DNA of 64,000 bases, taken from NCBI GenBank assembly GCA_965225855.1, contig CBDDCK010000005.1, positions 1,888,001 to 1,952,000 of the forward strand. The letters run 5' to 3'. Below are positions 1 through 11,767 of this stretch, piece after piece; position 1 is the stretch's first letter; the number at the start of each line of letters is the position of its first letter. The notes below the pieces were generated by a model that did not search any database, was not told where the DNA came from, and saw only the letters and a program-made list of their open reading frames with translations. The stretch comes from Spirochaetia bacterium. GTDB taxonomy: Bacteria; Spirochaetota; Spirochaetia; SP-2023. Both the position numbers and the translations under genes were made by a program.

Positions 1-132
1 GTGGGTATTTTAGGCTTGTTGATGCTTATTCATTGGCGGCAGCGTCAGCTAAAATTGCGTGCTTTATTTGCCCAAGATGTGGCCAAAGATTTGCAGAAAA
101 ATAGCCAAATAGCAAAGGAATCTTCTTTATGA
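1..132 (+). CDS. 3' end of an upstream membrane protein (GldG-like ABC auxiliary component by context), partial
   Basis: Open frame VGILGLLMLIHWRQRQLK...ESSL* (TM helix then basic residues). TGA overlaps the ATG of the DUF4340 gene (ATGA). GldG-DUF4340 adjacency is common. Confidence 0.5.
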   Translation: MGILGLLMLIHWRQRQLKLRALFAQDVAKDLQKNSQIAKESSL

Positions 133-1139
133 ACCAAATAAAAAACGATATATCAGCTTCTGGATTTGATGAAATGGAAAACAAAAAGATAAAACTTAAA
201 AGCCATCAAGTGATAGAATTATTGGTGCTTTGTGGTTTGATTTTTATTTTGTTGTTATATTTATTATTGCGTTCTGCAGCAAGCTTTAGCTATAAGTTGC
301 CTGAATTTGACAAAGTTACGGGCATCGAAAGTATGCGATGGAGCCGTAGTGATGGTAGCGAAATCAATTTGAGCAAAAAAGGTGAACAGTGGTACATTGA
401 TAACCAATACCCAGCCAAACAAAACAATGTCGATACCTTATTGGGACAGCTTTCTGAACCTAGCCTACAAGATTTAGTTTCCAAGTCTGGTAATTTGTTG
501 ACTTTTGGCCTCAATAATGAACGGGCTTACAAGCTGGAAGCTTTTGATAGCAACGGTGATGTCTTGCGCCAGCTTTATATAGGCAAAAGTTCTAGCTCTG
601 GTCGCTATTCTTTTACCCGGCTAAGCGAAGATGATTGGCGGATTTTTACGCTATCTGAAAATTTGACTTCTGTTTTAGAAAAAAGTATTGACAATTTGCG
701 CGATCGTTTGGTGCTTAGTTTTTCCAGCAGTGATATTGAAAAATTGGAAATTAGTGAATCGGCAAGTGATAAATCAATTTCTATTGCCAAACAGGACAGC
801 AAGTGGCAAATTCCTGAAGGCCATACATGGAATGAAGAGCAGGTCGATAGTTTTGTCAACCGTTTTGCTAGCATGAATGCGCAAGATTTTCTTGCTGAAT
901 ATCCACAGACAGATGATGAATATCAATTGAAATTTATTGCCAAAGGTGGGGTTAGTTATATCGTTACAATTGCTGCGCAAAAATTGGAAGATGATAAAGG
1001 TTATGCCGCTAAATCTTCTTCTTATGGTTTTCCGTTTACTTTAAACAATTACACTGTAGAAAGTATACTAGAAGATTTTGGTTTTGTTGACACAGAGACA
1101 GATGCCGACACAGAACAAAATTCAGCGGAAGAAACCTAA
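129..1139 (+). CDS. DUF4340 domain-containing exported/membrane-anchored protein
   Basis: N-terminal TM helix; FGL...L.IGK....GRYSF.R and LRDR motifs typical of DUF4340. Confidence 0.7.
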   Translation: MNQIKNDISASGFDEMENKKIKLKSHQVIELLVLCGLIFILLLYLLLRSAASFSYKLPEFDKVTGIESMRWSRSDGSEINLSKKGEQWYIDNQYPAKQNNVDTLLGQLSEPSLQDLVSKSGNLLTFGLNNERAYKLEAFDSNGDVLRQLYIGKSSSSGRYSFTRLSEDDWRIFTLSENLTSVLEKSIDNLRDRLVLSFSSSDIEKLEISESASDKSISIAKQDSKWQIPEGHTWNEEQVDSFVNRFASMNAQDFLAEYPQTDDEYQLKFIAKGGVSYIVTIAAQKLEDDKGYAAKSSSYGFPFTLNNYTVESILEDFGFVDTETDADTEQNSAEET

Positions 1140-1151
1140 ATTATAAAAATA

Positions 1152-1190
1152 AAAAAGAACAAGGGAGGTATTGCCTCCCTTGTTCTTTTT
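1152..1190. terminator. Intrinsic, potentially bidirectional terminator
   Basis: AAAAAGAACAAGGGAGG-TATTG-CCTCCCTTGTTCTTTTT perfect inverted repeat just after the stop codon. Confidence 0.85.
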
Positions 1191-1237
1191 CTGAACAGTA
1201 GTAGAATTTATTTTTGAATGTCAATTTAAGGAAATTT

Positions 1238-2185
1238 ATGCAGCAAGATAGCCGAATATTTGTAGCTGGGCATCAAGGTATGGTGGGTTCTGCTATTTTG
1301 CGGGAGTTGCAGCAACGTAACTATGGCAACATACTTGTTGCCGAACGAAGCGCGTTAGATTTATGTGAACAAGGGCAAGTACGCAGTTATTTTGCTAAAC
1401 ATAAACCCGAATATGTTTTTTTAGCTGCTGCCAAAGTTGGCGGGATTATGGCTAATCAAACCTATCCAGCTGATTTTATCTATAGTAATACGCTTATTGC
1501 GGCCAATATTATCGATGCAGCCTACCAAAATGGAGTAAAGAAACTGTTAAATTTAGGCTCGTCTTGTATTTACCCAAAAGAAGTGTCCCAACCCATGCGG
1601 GAAGAATATTTATTGCATGGCCCGCTTGAAAAAACGAATGATGCTTATGCTATTGCGAAAATTACCGCTATAAAAATGTGCAGTGCCTATCACCGTCAGT
1701 ATGGTTGTAATTTTATATCAGCTATGCCGTGTAATTTGTATGGTCTCAATGATAACTTTCATTTACAAAATTCTCACTTGTTGCCAGCTTTAGTGCGCAA
1801 AATTGATGATGCTTTGCAAAATAAAAAAGAAGAAGTTGTTTTATGGGGTGATGGCAGCCCGCGCCGAGAATTACTATTTTCTAAAGATTTAGCCGATGCT
1901 GCCATTTTTTTGATGGAATATTGTAATGCTGAAGAGCTTGGCGAGCTGATCAATGTGGGGAGTGGTTACGATTTGGAAATTCGCGAGCTGGCAGCCAAAG
2001 TGGCCCGTATTGTGGGCTTTCATGGCGATATTCGTTGGGACAAGAGCTATCCAAACGGAACTATGTATAAGCTAATGGATAGCTCGCGGATCAATGCTTT
2101 GGGCTGGCAGCCAAAAGTGAGCCTTGATGAAGGTATTTGGCGTTTGCTGGCTGTCTATCGTTCAGGAAATTATCGTGAATGCTAG
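1238..2185 (+). CDS. fcl: GDP-L-fucose synthase
   Basis: GHQGMVGSA, LAAAKVGGI.AN, LGSSCIYPK, YAIAK, NLYG.NDNF motifs. ATG 1238 preferred over TTG 1214. Confidence 0.95.
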   Translation: MQQDSRIFVAGHQGMVGSAILRELQQRNYGNILVAERSALDLCEQGQVRSYFAKHKPEYVFLAAAKVGGIMANQTYPADFIYSNTLIAANIIDAAYQNGVKKLLNLGSSCIYPKEVSQPMREEYLLHGPLEKTNDAYAIAKITAIKMCSAYHRQYGCNFISAMPCNLYGLNDNFHLQNSHLLPALVRKIDDALQNKKEEVVLWGDGSPRRELLFSKDLADAAIFLMEYCNAEELGELINVGSGYDLEIRELAAKVARIVGFHGDIRWDKSYPNGTMYKLMDSSRINALGWQPKVSLDEGIWRLLAVYRSGNYREC

Positions 2186-2215
2186 TGCAAATAAAATGTG
2201 AATATAAGGGAAGCA

Positions 2216-3310
2216 ATGATGTCTAATAAAAAAGTGGCTTTGATTACGGGGGTTACGGGCCAAGATGGAGCTTATTTAAGTGAATTTTTGTTGGCCAAAG
2301 GTTATGAAGTCCATGGCTTAAAGCGCAGAGCATCATCATATAATACGGACAGAATTGACCATATTTTTACAGAAGCAGAAAGAAAGCAGCAGCCTTTTTA
2401 CTTGCATTATGGGGATATGAATGACAGCACGAACTTGATTTATTTGGTGCAAAAAATCCAGCCCGATGAGATTTACAACTTAGCGGCCCAAAGCCATGTA
2501 AAAGTTTCGTTTGAAACGCCTGAATATACAGCCAATGCAGATGGCATTGGCGTTCTGCGTTTGTTAGAATCACTGCGTTTGCTGCAGATGGAGAAACAAT
2601 GTCGTTTTTATCAAGCTGCTACCAGTGAGCTATACGGTTTGGTACAGGAGGTTCCGCAACGGGAAACCACGCCATTTTATCCGCGCAGTCCCTATGCTGC
2701 GGCTAAATTGTACGGATATTGGGTTACGGTCAATTACCGAGAAGCCTATGGGCTTTATGCGGTTAATGGTATTTTGTTTAATCATGAAAGTCCGCGCCGC
2801 GGTGAAACTTTTGTAACGCGCAAAATTACTATTGGAGCAGCTCAAATCGCCACAGGGCAGGCAGAAACTTTGGTGTTAGGTAATTTGGAAGCTAAGCGCG
2901 ATTGGGGTTTTGCCGGAGATTATGTTGAAGCTATGTGGTTGATGTTGCAACAAGAGCAGCCAGAAGATTTTGTGATAGCCACTGGCGTAACTGCCACCGT
3001 GCGCGATTTTTGCCAGTTAGCCTTTCGCGAAGCAAGTATGGAGTTGCGCTGGGAAGGTCAAGGGGTTGATGAAAAAGGTTATGACCAAAATGGCATATTG
3101 CGCATTTGTGTTTCGCCAGCATATTTCCGCCCTACAGAAGTGGAATTATTGATTGGCGATGCCAGCAAGGCTAAAGAAAAATTGGGTTGGCAGCCCAAAA
3201 TGGATTTAGAAGATTTGGTTAAATTGATGATGAAGAATGATTTGGAAAAAGTTCAGAAAGGTCTTCCATTCCAAAAAAACTTAAATATTGTAAAATCCCC
3301 AAGAAAATAA
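2216..3310 (+). CDS. gmd: GDP-mannose 4,6-dehydratase
   Basis: [53 protein letters not shown]. Confidence 0.97.
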   Translation: MMSNKKVALITGVTGQDGAYLSEFLLAKGYEVHGLKRRASSYNTDRIDHIFTEAERKQQPFYLHYGDMNDSTNLIYLVQKIQPDEIYNLAAQSHVKVSFETPEYTANADGIGVLRLLESLRLLQMEKQCRFYQAATSELYGLVQEVPQRETTPFYPRSPYAAAKLYGYWVTVNYREAYGLYAVNGILFNHESPRRGETFVTRKITIGAAQIATGQAETLVLGNLEAKRDWGFAGDYVEAMWLMLQQEQPEDFVIATGVTATVRDFCQLAFREASMELRWEGQGVDEKGYDQNGILRICVSPAYFRPTEVELLIGDASKAKEKLGWQPKMDLEDLVKLMMKNDLEKVQKGLPFQKNLNIVKSPRK

Positions 3311-3347
3311 ATTGCAAATTACTATTTACTGGTAAGCAGTTGAGCTG

Positions 3348-4100
3348 ATGAAAGATATAATCGCACAGCGGTTTTCTAGTGCAGCCCAAGATTATGATGC
3401 GATAACGCCGGTACAGCAAGAATGTGCTCAAACTTTGTTTCAACTGTTGGAAATTCGGCAGGCAATTGCTACCCCCCCTGTTTTATTGGATGTCGGTGTG
3501 GGAAGTGGCCGTTTGCTATTTTTGGCTTCTAAATATTTGGGGGAAAATTGGCAGCTGCACGGTATTGATTTTGCTCCGCAAATGTTGGCTCAAACACAAG
3601 CGCGCTTTCCTAATGTAAAGCTATATCATGCTGATATAGAACAATACCATTATTTACCCAGTTCGTATGATGTAATCGTTTCTAATTTTGCTTTACAATG
3701 GTGTGAGCAGCCAGCCCGATTATTAGAGAATTTGTATATGTCTTTGCGTTCTGGCGGCCAATTGGCTGTGGCGTTGCCGCTTTGCGGTAGCCTGTGCAAT
3801 CTGGTAGAACTTGTTCAACAGCTTAGTGGCGAACAATTACCCACCTACCCATTACCTCGTATTGAGGACTTCTTTTCTCTGGCGAAACAAATCCCAAATT
3901 TTACTTTACAAGTGCGAAATTTTGTTGCTCATTATCAAAATGCTTATGCGGCTGTTATGGCGATAAAAAAGGCAGGGGCGAATACAAGCTTAAATGCAAA
4001 TAAGCAGTTGAGCATGAAAGCTCTGCGATTGTTACACCAAGAACAAAGCCCTTTTATGCTCGATTACAAAGTTTTATTTCTGTTAGCAAAATCAATGTAA
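3348..4100 (+). CDS. bioC: SAM-dependent methyltransferase, malonyl-ACP O-methyltransferase BioC-like
   Basis: IAQRFSSAAQDYD N-terminus, LDVGVGSG motif I, SNFALQWC, IKKAGAN. Confidence 0.7.
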   Translation: MKDIIAQRFSSAAQDYDAITPVQQECAQTLFQLLEIRQAIATPPVLLDVGVGSGRLLFLASKYLGENWQLHGIDFAPQMLAQTQARFPNVKLYHADIEQYHYLPSSYDVIVSNFALQWCEQPARLLENLYMSLRSGGQLAVALPLCGSLCNLVELVQQLSGEQLPTYPLPRIEDFFSLAKQIPNFTLQVRNFVAHYQNAYAAVMAIKKAGANTSLNANKQLSMKALRLLHQEQSPFMLDYKVLFLLAKSM

Positions 4101-4116
4101 TTAAAAGGCAAAATAA

Positions 4117-4151
4117 GAGGCTGGCTATCTTTAGTGTTAGATACCAGCCTC
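4117..4151. terminator. Hairpin between convergent bioC-like gene and small ORF
   Basis: GAGGCTGG(C)TATCT-loop-AGATACCAGCCTC, followed by TTATTTT on the minus strand. Confidence 0.6.
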
Positions 4152-4168
4152 ACAATGCTACATAATTA

Positions 4169-4315
4169 TTAATTATGTTCAGCGAATAACTCATTTACGG
4201 TTGCAAACAGTTCATCCCATTTGTCTAGGTTTTTATCTAAATCAATAGAATGCATAGCTTTCGTTAAGCTACTGTTTTCTTTGATATTGGGCTCCTCATT
4301 ACTTGGAATATTCAT
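4169..4315 (-). CDS. Small 48-aa hypothetical protein (below ORF-track cutoff)
   Basis: MNIPSNEEPNIKENSSLTKAMHSIDLDKNLDKWDELFATVNELFAEHN*; AGAGGA RBS upstream of the ATG; terminator hairpin downstream. Confidence 0.55.
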   Translation of the reverse strand: MNIPSNEEPNIKENSSLTKAMHSIDLDKNLDKWDELFATVNELFAEHN

Positions 4316-4577
4316 TATTTTTCCTCTATATGTTAAATGGTTTTGGCAAGCTTAAACAATTTATCCTGATTGACAAGCCAATTGTGGACTTTTTTATTAT
4401 AGGTAGAGTAATTTTATTTCAGCTGTATCAAGAATAGTAAATTTTAGATAGTTTTATAGCTAGTTATAAATTCGTGTCTAAATGATACATATATCTTATA
4501 TTTATTTGACAATTGTTATTGTTATATTTTTGTTGTTTACTATAAAATCGGATAACTTGAAAACAGGAGGAGTGATA

Positions 4578-6269
4578 ATGAATGAGCAATTAAAAAGTGG
4601 TGCAGAGCTTGTTGTGGAACAACTGAAAGCTGAAGGTGTTGAATATATTTTTGGTCTTCCGGGTGGAGCAACGATTCCAATTTTTGATGCCTTGCATAGT
4701 TCAGAATTGGAATTTGTTTTGGTGCGTCATGAGCAGGGAGCCACGCATATGGCCGATGGTTATGCTCGTGCTACAGGGAAAACTGGAGTGGTTATGGCTA
4801 CTTCGGGCCCTGGAGCAACAAATTGTATTACCGGCATATATACTGCTATTATGGATTCTGTACCGATGGTGATTATTACCGGCCAAGTTACAACCCGTGG
4901 TATGGGTCTTGATTCCTTTCAAGAGGCGGATGTGATTGGCATTAGTATGCCGATCGTCAAACATTCTTATTTAGTCAAAGATACTTCTGAACTGAAGAAT
5001 ATTATACATGAAGCATTTTTCTTGGCGAATTCAGGCCGTCCGGGCCCTGTTATCATTGACATTCCCAAAGATATTTCTGCCAAGATTGTGGAGCCAAAAT
5101 CAATGCGTAAGCCATATTTACCAGGCTATCTATTACCTTGCCCACCTGATGGAAAGGTTGTTGAAAAAGCTGCTGATATGATTAATAATTCATATCGTCC
5201 TGTTTTCTTAGTTGGGCATGGGGCGATTTTAGCCAATGCTGGTAATGAAATAGAGGCTTTGGTCCAAAAAATAGAGATTCCTGTTGTTAATACTTTGCTG
5301 GGTAAAGGTTGCTTTCCAGAAACGCATCCATTGAATTTGGGTCTTCCTGGAATGCATGGCACAGCTTATGCTAATAAAGCTTTAGCTGAAGCAGATCTAA
5401 TTATTTCTATTGGCTCACGTTGGGACGATCGCATTACCAGTGATGTAGAGCGTTTTGCCCTATCTTCAAGGAAAATTCATTTTGATATTGACATTGCGGA
5501 AATAGATAAAGTTATTAAGGCAGACTGTGCTGTTTTGGGTGATGCCAAGCTTGGTTTGCAATTGTTGATTGATAAATTAGAGCAGCGCGATCGCAGTAAT
5601 TGGCTTTTGCAAATTGATAAATGGCGCAAAGAGTTTCCGCTGCGCTATCGAAAAGAAGGGAGGCTCAAACCACAACACATCATTGAAATTTTGCAGAGTC
5701 TCACCGATGGCCAAGCTGTTATGACTACAGATGTGGGGCAGCATCAAATGTGGGCGGCTCAGTTTTATCTAGTGCAAGGTGGTGAAAATTGGCTAACTTC
5801 TGGCGGTGCTGGTACCATGGGCTATGGTTTGCCTTCGGCTATAGGCGCGCAATTAGGCCGCCCTGGGAAAATTGTATTTAGTATTGTTGGCGATGGTGGT
5901 TTCCAAATGACGCTTTGTGAGTTGGCAACGGCAGCCCAGTTGAAATTGCCAATTAAAGTGATTGTAATGAATAACGGATACTTAGGTATGGTTCGGCAAT
6001 GGCAGGAATTATTTTACGATGAACGCCTCAGTGGTGTTCGCTTGGAAGGGAACCCCGACTTTTCTAAATTAGCCGAAGCATATGGTTGTAAAGCATTTCG
6101 CTTAAAGCGCAGCTCCGATATAAAACGAGTGTTGAGTGCTGCTTTGGAATATAATGAAGGTCCATTGGTAATTGATGCGGTTATTCCTCCAGAAGAAAAT
6201 GTGTTTCCAATGGTTCCCGCTGGTGCCCCTCTGGAAGGTATGATTTTAGAAAAGCCAGCCACTGAATGA
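4578..6269 (+). CDS. ilvB: Acetolactate synthase large subunit
   Basis: IFGLPGGA, RHEQGATHMADGYARATG, TDVGQHQMW, GDGGFQM ThDP motif. AGGAGG RBS before ATG 4578. Confidence 0.95.
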   Translation: MNEQLKSGAELVVEQLKAEGVEYIFGLPGGATIPIFDALHSSELEFVLVRHEQGATHMADGYARATGKTGVVMATSGPGATNCITGIYTAIMDSVPMVIITGQVTTRGMGLDSFQEADVIGISMPIVKHSYLVKDTSELKNIIHEAFFLANSGRPGPVIIDIPKDISAKIVEPKSMRKPYLPGYLLPCPPDGKVVEKAADMINNSYRPVFLVGHGAILANAGNEIEALVQKIEIPVVNTLLGKGCFPETHPLNLGLPGMHGTAYANKALAEADLIISIGSRWDDRITSDVERFALSSRKIHFDIDIAEIDKVIKADCAVLGDAKLGLQLLIDKLEQRDRSNWLLQIDKWRKEFPLRYRKEGRLKPQHIIEILQSLTDGQAVMTTDVGQHQMWAAQFYLVQGGENWLTSGGAGTMGYGLPSAIGAQLGRPGKIVFSIVGDGGFQMTLCELATAAQLKLPIKVIVMNNGYLGMVRQWQELFYDERLSGVRLEGNPDFSKLAEAYGCKAFRLKRSSDIKRVLSAALEYNEGPLVIDAVIPPEENVFPMVPAGAPLEGMILEKPATE

Positions 6270-6325
6270 GCAATTTGAATCTTAGGACTGCCATCGATTT
6301 GGCTGTAATGAAAAAGGTTTAATTT

Positions 6326-6850
6326 ATGAATGAAATGAAAAAAAAGTTTTCCCTGAGTTTGTACGTTCAAAATCGGTCTGGAGTCCTAGCGCGGATTGCT
6401 TTGCTTTTTAACAGGCGTAGTTATAATATCGATAGTTTGGTTGTGTCTTCGGCCCACGATCGAGATTTTTCCTGGATTAGTATTGAAGCTAGTGGGGAAG
6501 AAAAGCAAATACCGTTGCTGATTAAGCAGTTACAAAAGTTGATAGATGTAGTTCATATCAGTAATCATAGTGATGTGTTGGGTACACAAATTTTACAGCG
6601 TGAATTGGCTTTACTAAAAGTACAGTGTAGTTTAGATAAGCGTCTGGAGATTTTACAGATTATTGATACATTTGGCTGTAATTTGTTAGATGCTACCAGT
6701 AATTCGATTACGATTCAGGTTGTTGGTAGCCATGAATATATTGAAGCTTTAGAATTAATGCTTGATTCTTACCGAATCTTGGAGAATGTTCGTACAGGTA
6801 AAGTTTTTATTGCTCGTGGAGATGCTTCAACGGCGGGACAAAGAGTTTAA
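6326..6850 (+). CDS. ilvN: Acetolactate synthase small (regulatory) subunit
   Basis: ACT domain N.SGVLARIA.LF.RR.YNIDSL, KQL.KLIDV, RELAL.KV, VRTG; follows ilvB. Confidence 0.92.
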   Translation: MNEMKKKFSLSLYVQNRSGVLARIALLFNRRSYNIDSLVVSSAHDRDFSWISIEASGEEKQIPLLIKQLQKLIDVVHISNHSDVLGTQILQRELALLKVQCSLDKRLEILQIIDTFGCNLLDATSNSITIQVVGSHEYIEALELMLDSYRILENVRTGKVFIARGDASTAGQRV

Positions 6851-6977
6851 TATTTATCTTACAATTATTTCGTGATCGGGTTTTGTTATGTATTATTGTG
6901 GAGCATGGGTTGCAGTGATTGTTGTTGCTATTAGAATTCTGCCCAATAATTTAGTATCTTACTTATGGAATCCATTG

Positions 6978-7050
6978 GCTCCAGTAGCTCAGGGGATAGA
7001 GCAACCGCCTCCTAAGCGGTAGGTCGTACGTTCGAATCGTATCTGGAGCA
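6978..7050 (+). tRNA. tRNA-Arg(CCT)
   Basis: Acceptor GCTCCAG/CTGGAGC; anticodon arm ACCGC-CTCCTAA-GCGGT; GTTCGAATC T-loop; CCA not encoded. Confidence 0.95.
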
Positions 7051-7097
7051 AGAACTTATTTATTGGGTTTCCGTTTTAATCTTGAATAAAAATTATT

Positions 7098-8045
7098 ATG
7101 CCTAGCCTTGTTTGTTGTTTTATCTCAAAGTTTGTCAAGTCATGTAAACATCAGAGCAGGAGATCGTATTTAAGCCTATTATCTTTTTTGGTGTTTGTGC
7201 CCATTATTTTTACTGTTGTTCAGTTTTGCGAAAAAACAGATTGATGGGAGAAGGCTGCATCGTATTGCGGGCGTTGAGCCAAGCCTACCCCAAACAGATT
7301 CGTACATTGCGTTTTAGCAGCCGTGTGAATGATTGGATTGTCCAGGGTCAATGGCAAAGTTTTTCATTGAGCAACAGGAAGGATTTTGCCGGCAACTTGG
7401 CTCAAAATTATAAAAAGTATCGCAAATTGGGCTTTTGTCACTACCCTAAATTGTTGCCTTCACAGCCATTGTTTAATGCTGATGAAGAGAGAAAATTTCT
7501 AGTAGAATTAGCAAAAAATAAAAAAGGGTTGGTTGTTCAAGAAAATGATGCTTTTTGTAAAGCTTTATTTCAAGCTTCTAATAAGCAAGGATGCATTGAT
7601 TGAAGATATGTGGTTCATAGGGATTCGCGTGAAAGTTCATCCATTGATCATTCGGCCTTTAAAGCGAGTAGAAGCTCGGCTTTTACATATTAGGCGTAGC
7701 GTAAAAATAAAGATAGTAATCTTTTTTCGTTCTCTGCGTAATATTTAAGTTATGCGTGACGTAATATCCAGTATTTTAGCAAATTGAGCAACCATAGCTT
7801 TGGCACGGCATTGGATTTTTTGCTGCGCAATTGGAACGATAAAAAAGCATACTGGAGTTGGTTGGGAGATTATCGTAAGGATTGGTATAATACACCGTAC
7901 CAAAAACGTTGAACGCTCCCAAGTGTTGATCGATGGGTTTGAAAGTGAAGGTTTTATTTGGGGAGGAAAGTGGTTGTATTCTGATACGATGCACTTTGAA
8001 TATCGTCCCGAGTTGTATTTATTGCGCGATAGCCTTGCTAAATAA
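7098..8045 (+). pseudogene. Fragmented M15-family metallopeptidase (D-Ala-D-Ala carboxypeptidase-like)
   Basis: Pieces in several frames: KVHPLIIRPLKRVEARL; SYA*RNI..SKLSNHSFGTALDF (zinc motif at 7787-7816); PYQKR*TLP; GFIWGGKWLYSDTMHFEYRPEL. In-frame TGA at 7757 and 7910 plus frameshifts. Confidence 0.8.
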
Positions 8046-8811
8046 TTTACGCAATCCACAAAACAGCTTTGTTTTTGGCCTAAGCAATGGAAATGTTGGT
8101 TTTATGTTTGGGTTAGTCCAGAAATTGACCCTTGTTATTTCCAGTCGCTCCTATTAATTGGGCTTGGGGGATAATTATGAAAGTATTTTATAATTCGCCG
8201 AGCGCAATGGATTTTCGGCTTGAGAGCCGGCTTTTAACAAATACTTTTGATAATGAAGACCCTAATGGCGATAGAAATCTTTAATTTACGATAACTCAAA
8301 TACATTTTGGCGTAACAGGGACTTTGCATTTTTTATGCATTGGTCAATGGCCCAAGTATGATTCAAATGCAAGGTAATTTTGTAGTGGGCGGTGTTGCTC
8401 GACAGCGCAGTCTGTTTTTTATGGATTTTTACTTTTCTAGTGTTTTCATATAAAACCAAGAAAACCAAGGCGTTATTAAAAATAATTACTCTATATTGTA
8501 TTTTGGCCCTGGCCTTAAATTCGGCTTCACTATTCAACGCCGAGTCTGGCCGAAATTAATTTATTGAGACTATGCTTTTAGGTGTTCCGTTGGAGAATCT
8601 CAACAATATTTCCAATAGTCTAGGTTTCAATTTCAGATTTAATTTAGCTCTTCGTTTGACTCGTAAAGAATTATGGAGCCCAGAAATTATTAATCATCAA
8701 AAATTGAGCGTTTTAGTAGGAGAATATTGAAGAGTGTATAAATTATGTGTATGTAATGAAAGTAAATAAAAATTGTGTGTAAAAAATAACTTGATTTTTT
8801 GAATATTGCGC

Positions 8812-8839
8812 TTGACATAAAATGGATTTAGGCTATAGT
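8812..8839 (+). promoter_or_regulatory. rRNA sigma70 promoter
   Basis: TTGACA-16 bp-TATAGT, AT-rich UP region, GC-rich discriminator; boxA-like TGTTCATTGACAA at about 8904. Confidence 0.8.
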
Positions 8840-9033
8840 AGCGCACACATCGCAGCTATCTATGAATATGGCATTGTTTATGTCGAAGAGCAGTGTATGC
8901 GAATGTTCATTGACAATAGAGAAGAGTAGGGAAGACATGACGCTTGTGTAGCAGTTTTATTCATTTGTTTATGTATGGGAAATGAGTGGCTGTAACAAGA
9001 TGGAACAAACTTGCTAGCTTCGGCTAGTGTTAT

Positions 9034-10601
<1,568 letters not shown>

Positions 10602-10679
10602 AAAGTGAAAGGGTCTCGTAAGAGAAAATAGAGCTTATAAGCTCAACAACAGTCATGTCTTCCTTAGTCTTTTTTATAT

Positions 10680-10713
10680 AAGAATCCCCAGCAATTTGTT
10701 GGGGATTTCTTTT
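10680..10713 (+). terminator. Intrinsic terminator closing the 16S transcript
   Basis: AATCCCCAGCAA-T-TTGTTGGGGATT followed by TCTTTT. Confidence 0.8.
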
Positions 10714-10760
10714 GTCTAGTTATATATTTAGAATCAAGATATTTTTTAAATGAATTGAAG

Positions 10761-11476
10761 GTGAAAGGTTATAAAATTGATAAATTATATTCATATATTA
10801 TTCGCAGTGATCAGGGTTTGCACCGAATCCATTTGGGCGTGTATGTACTTTGGCTTGCTGTAAACCCAAGATAAGAAAAGCAGTAGGCAATAACTGGGAT
10901 AAAGGACAGAATATTTGGATAGTAGGGCTGACACCTAAAAATGAAGGTAACCAGATGGTTTATATCATGAAAGTTGATGATTGTATGAGCTTTGCAGATT
11001 ATTATGATAAATATCCTAAAAAGAGACCTAAAAGAGCTAAGAAACACTGGGACGATCATAATAGATCGACATGTGGTGATAATATTTATAAACCAAATTC
11101 TCATAAGAAGCATGGATTTGAACAATTGCCATCATTTCATAGTAATATAAAATATGATAAAGATGGTAACGTCGTGCGAATTTCAGAAAATCAAGAAACT
11201 AAGAAACATGACTTGAATGGTAAATATGTGCTGATTTCAAGGAATTTTGTATACTTTGGTTGTGAAAGTATTGGGCTCAAACCTTACTTGAAAAAACAAC
11301 TTATTGTAACTAGAGGCCACAAGTGCAACTTCCCAGACAAAGTGATAAAGAAGTTAAGGAACAAGTTATTGACTACTATAGCGAAGATATTCAGAATCGC
11401 ACTATCATGGCTAACCCTTCATTATGGTAGTCAGTCCCTTCTGCTAATAATAGCCGAACCGAACCCTAAAAATTAA
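10761..11476 (+). pseudogene. Nmad2 (nucleotide modification associated domain 2) family protein, frameshifted
   Basis: KLYSYIIRSDQG in one frame joins FAPNPFGRVCTLACCKPKIR in another (1-nt loss at about 10813-10820). GDNIY, VLIS..F.YFG and RGH motifs follow. Probable second frameshift near 11370. Confidence 0.75.
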
Positions 11477-11559
11477 GAGACCCTCTTAATAAGCATTAAG
11501 AGACCTTCTTAATATGCATTAAGAGACTCTATTAATGCCCATCAAGAGACCTTCTTAAT
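11472..11559. repeat. 23-bp-period palindromic satellite (ATTAAGAGACnnTCTTAAT family), 4 units
   Basis: Unit starts at 11472, 11495, 11518, 11541. Confidence 0.85.
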
Positions 11560-11767
11560 AAATAAGCAGAAATTCTATTGCCAAGTATGGTGCGGTTTGA
11601 CAAAGTTTCTAGTTATTAGAAATAACACAAAGCCTTATTGAATAGAGTAATAAATTTTCTATAATCGTCTAATTTATTGATTTTCCAAAAGAGAAACTAA
11701 GTAGAAAACAGTAATTCCAATTCAATAATCATATAGCATATCTAAAATAGTGTAGATTAGCTTAATT

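Noticed and set aside
4482..4577. Ile/Leu/Val-rich N-terminal extension as an ilvB attenuator leader peptide
   Set aside because: It is in frame with ilvB with no stop and no terminator hairpin. The composition is expected from AT-rich promoter DNA, and a strong AGGAGG RBS marks ATG 4578.
7757..7912. TGA-to-Trp recoding (genetic code 4)
   Set aside because: Many intact genes here end in TGA (ilvB, PBP1A, khpA, decarboxylase), and the same pseudogene also has frameshifts.
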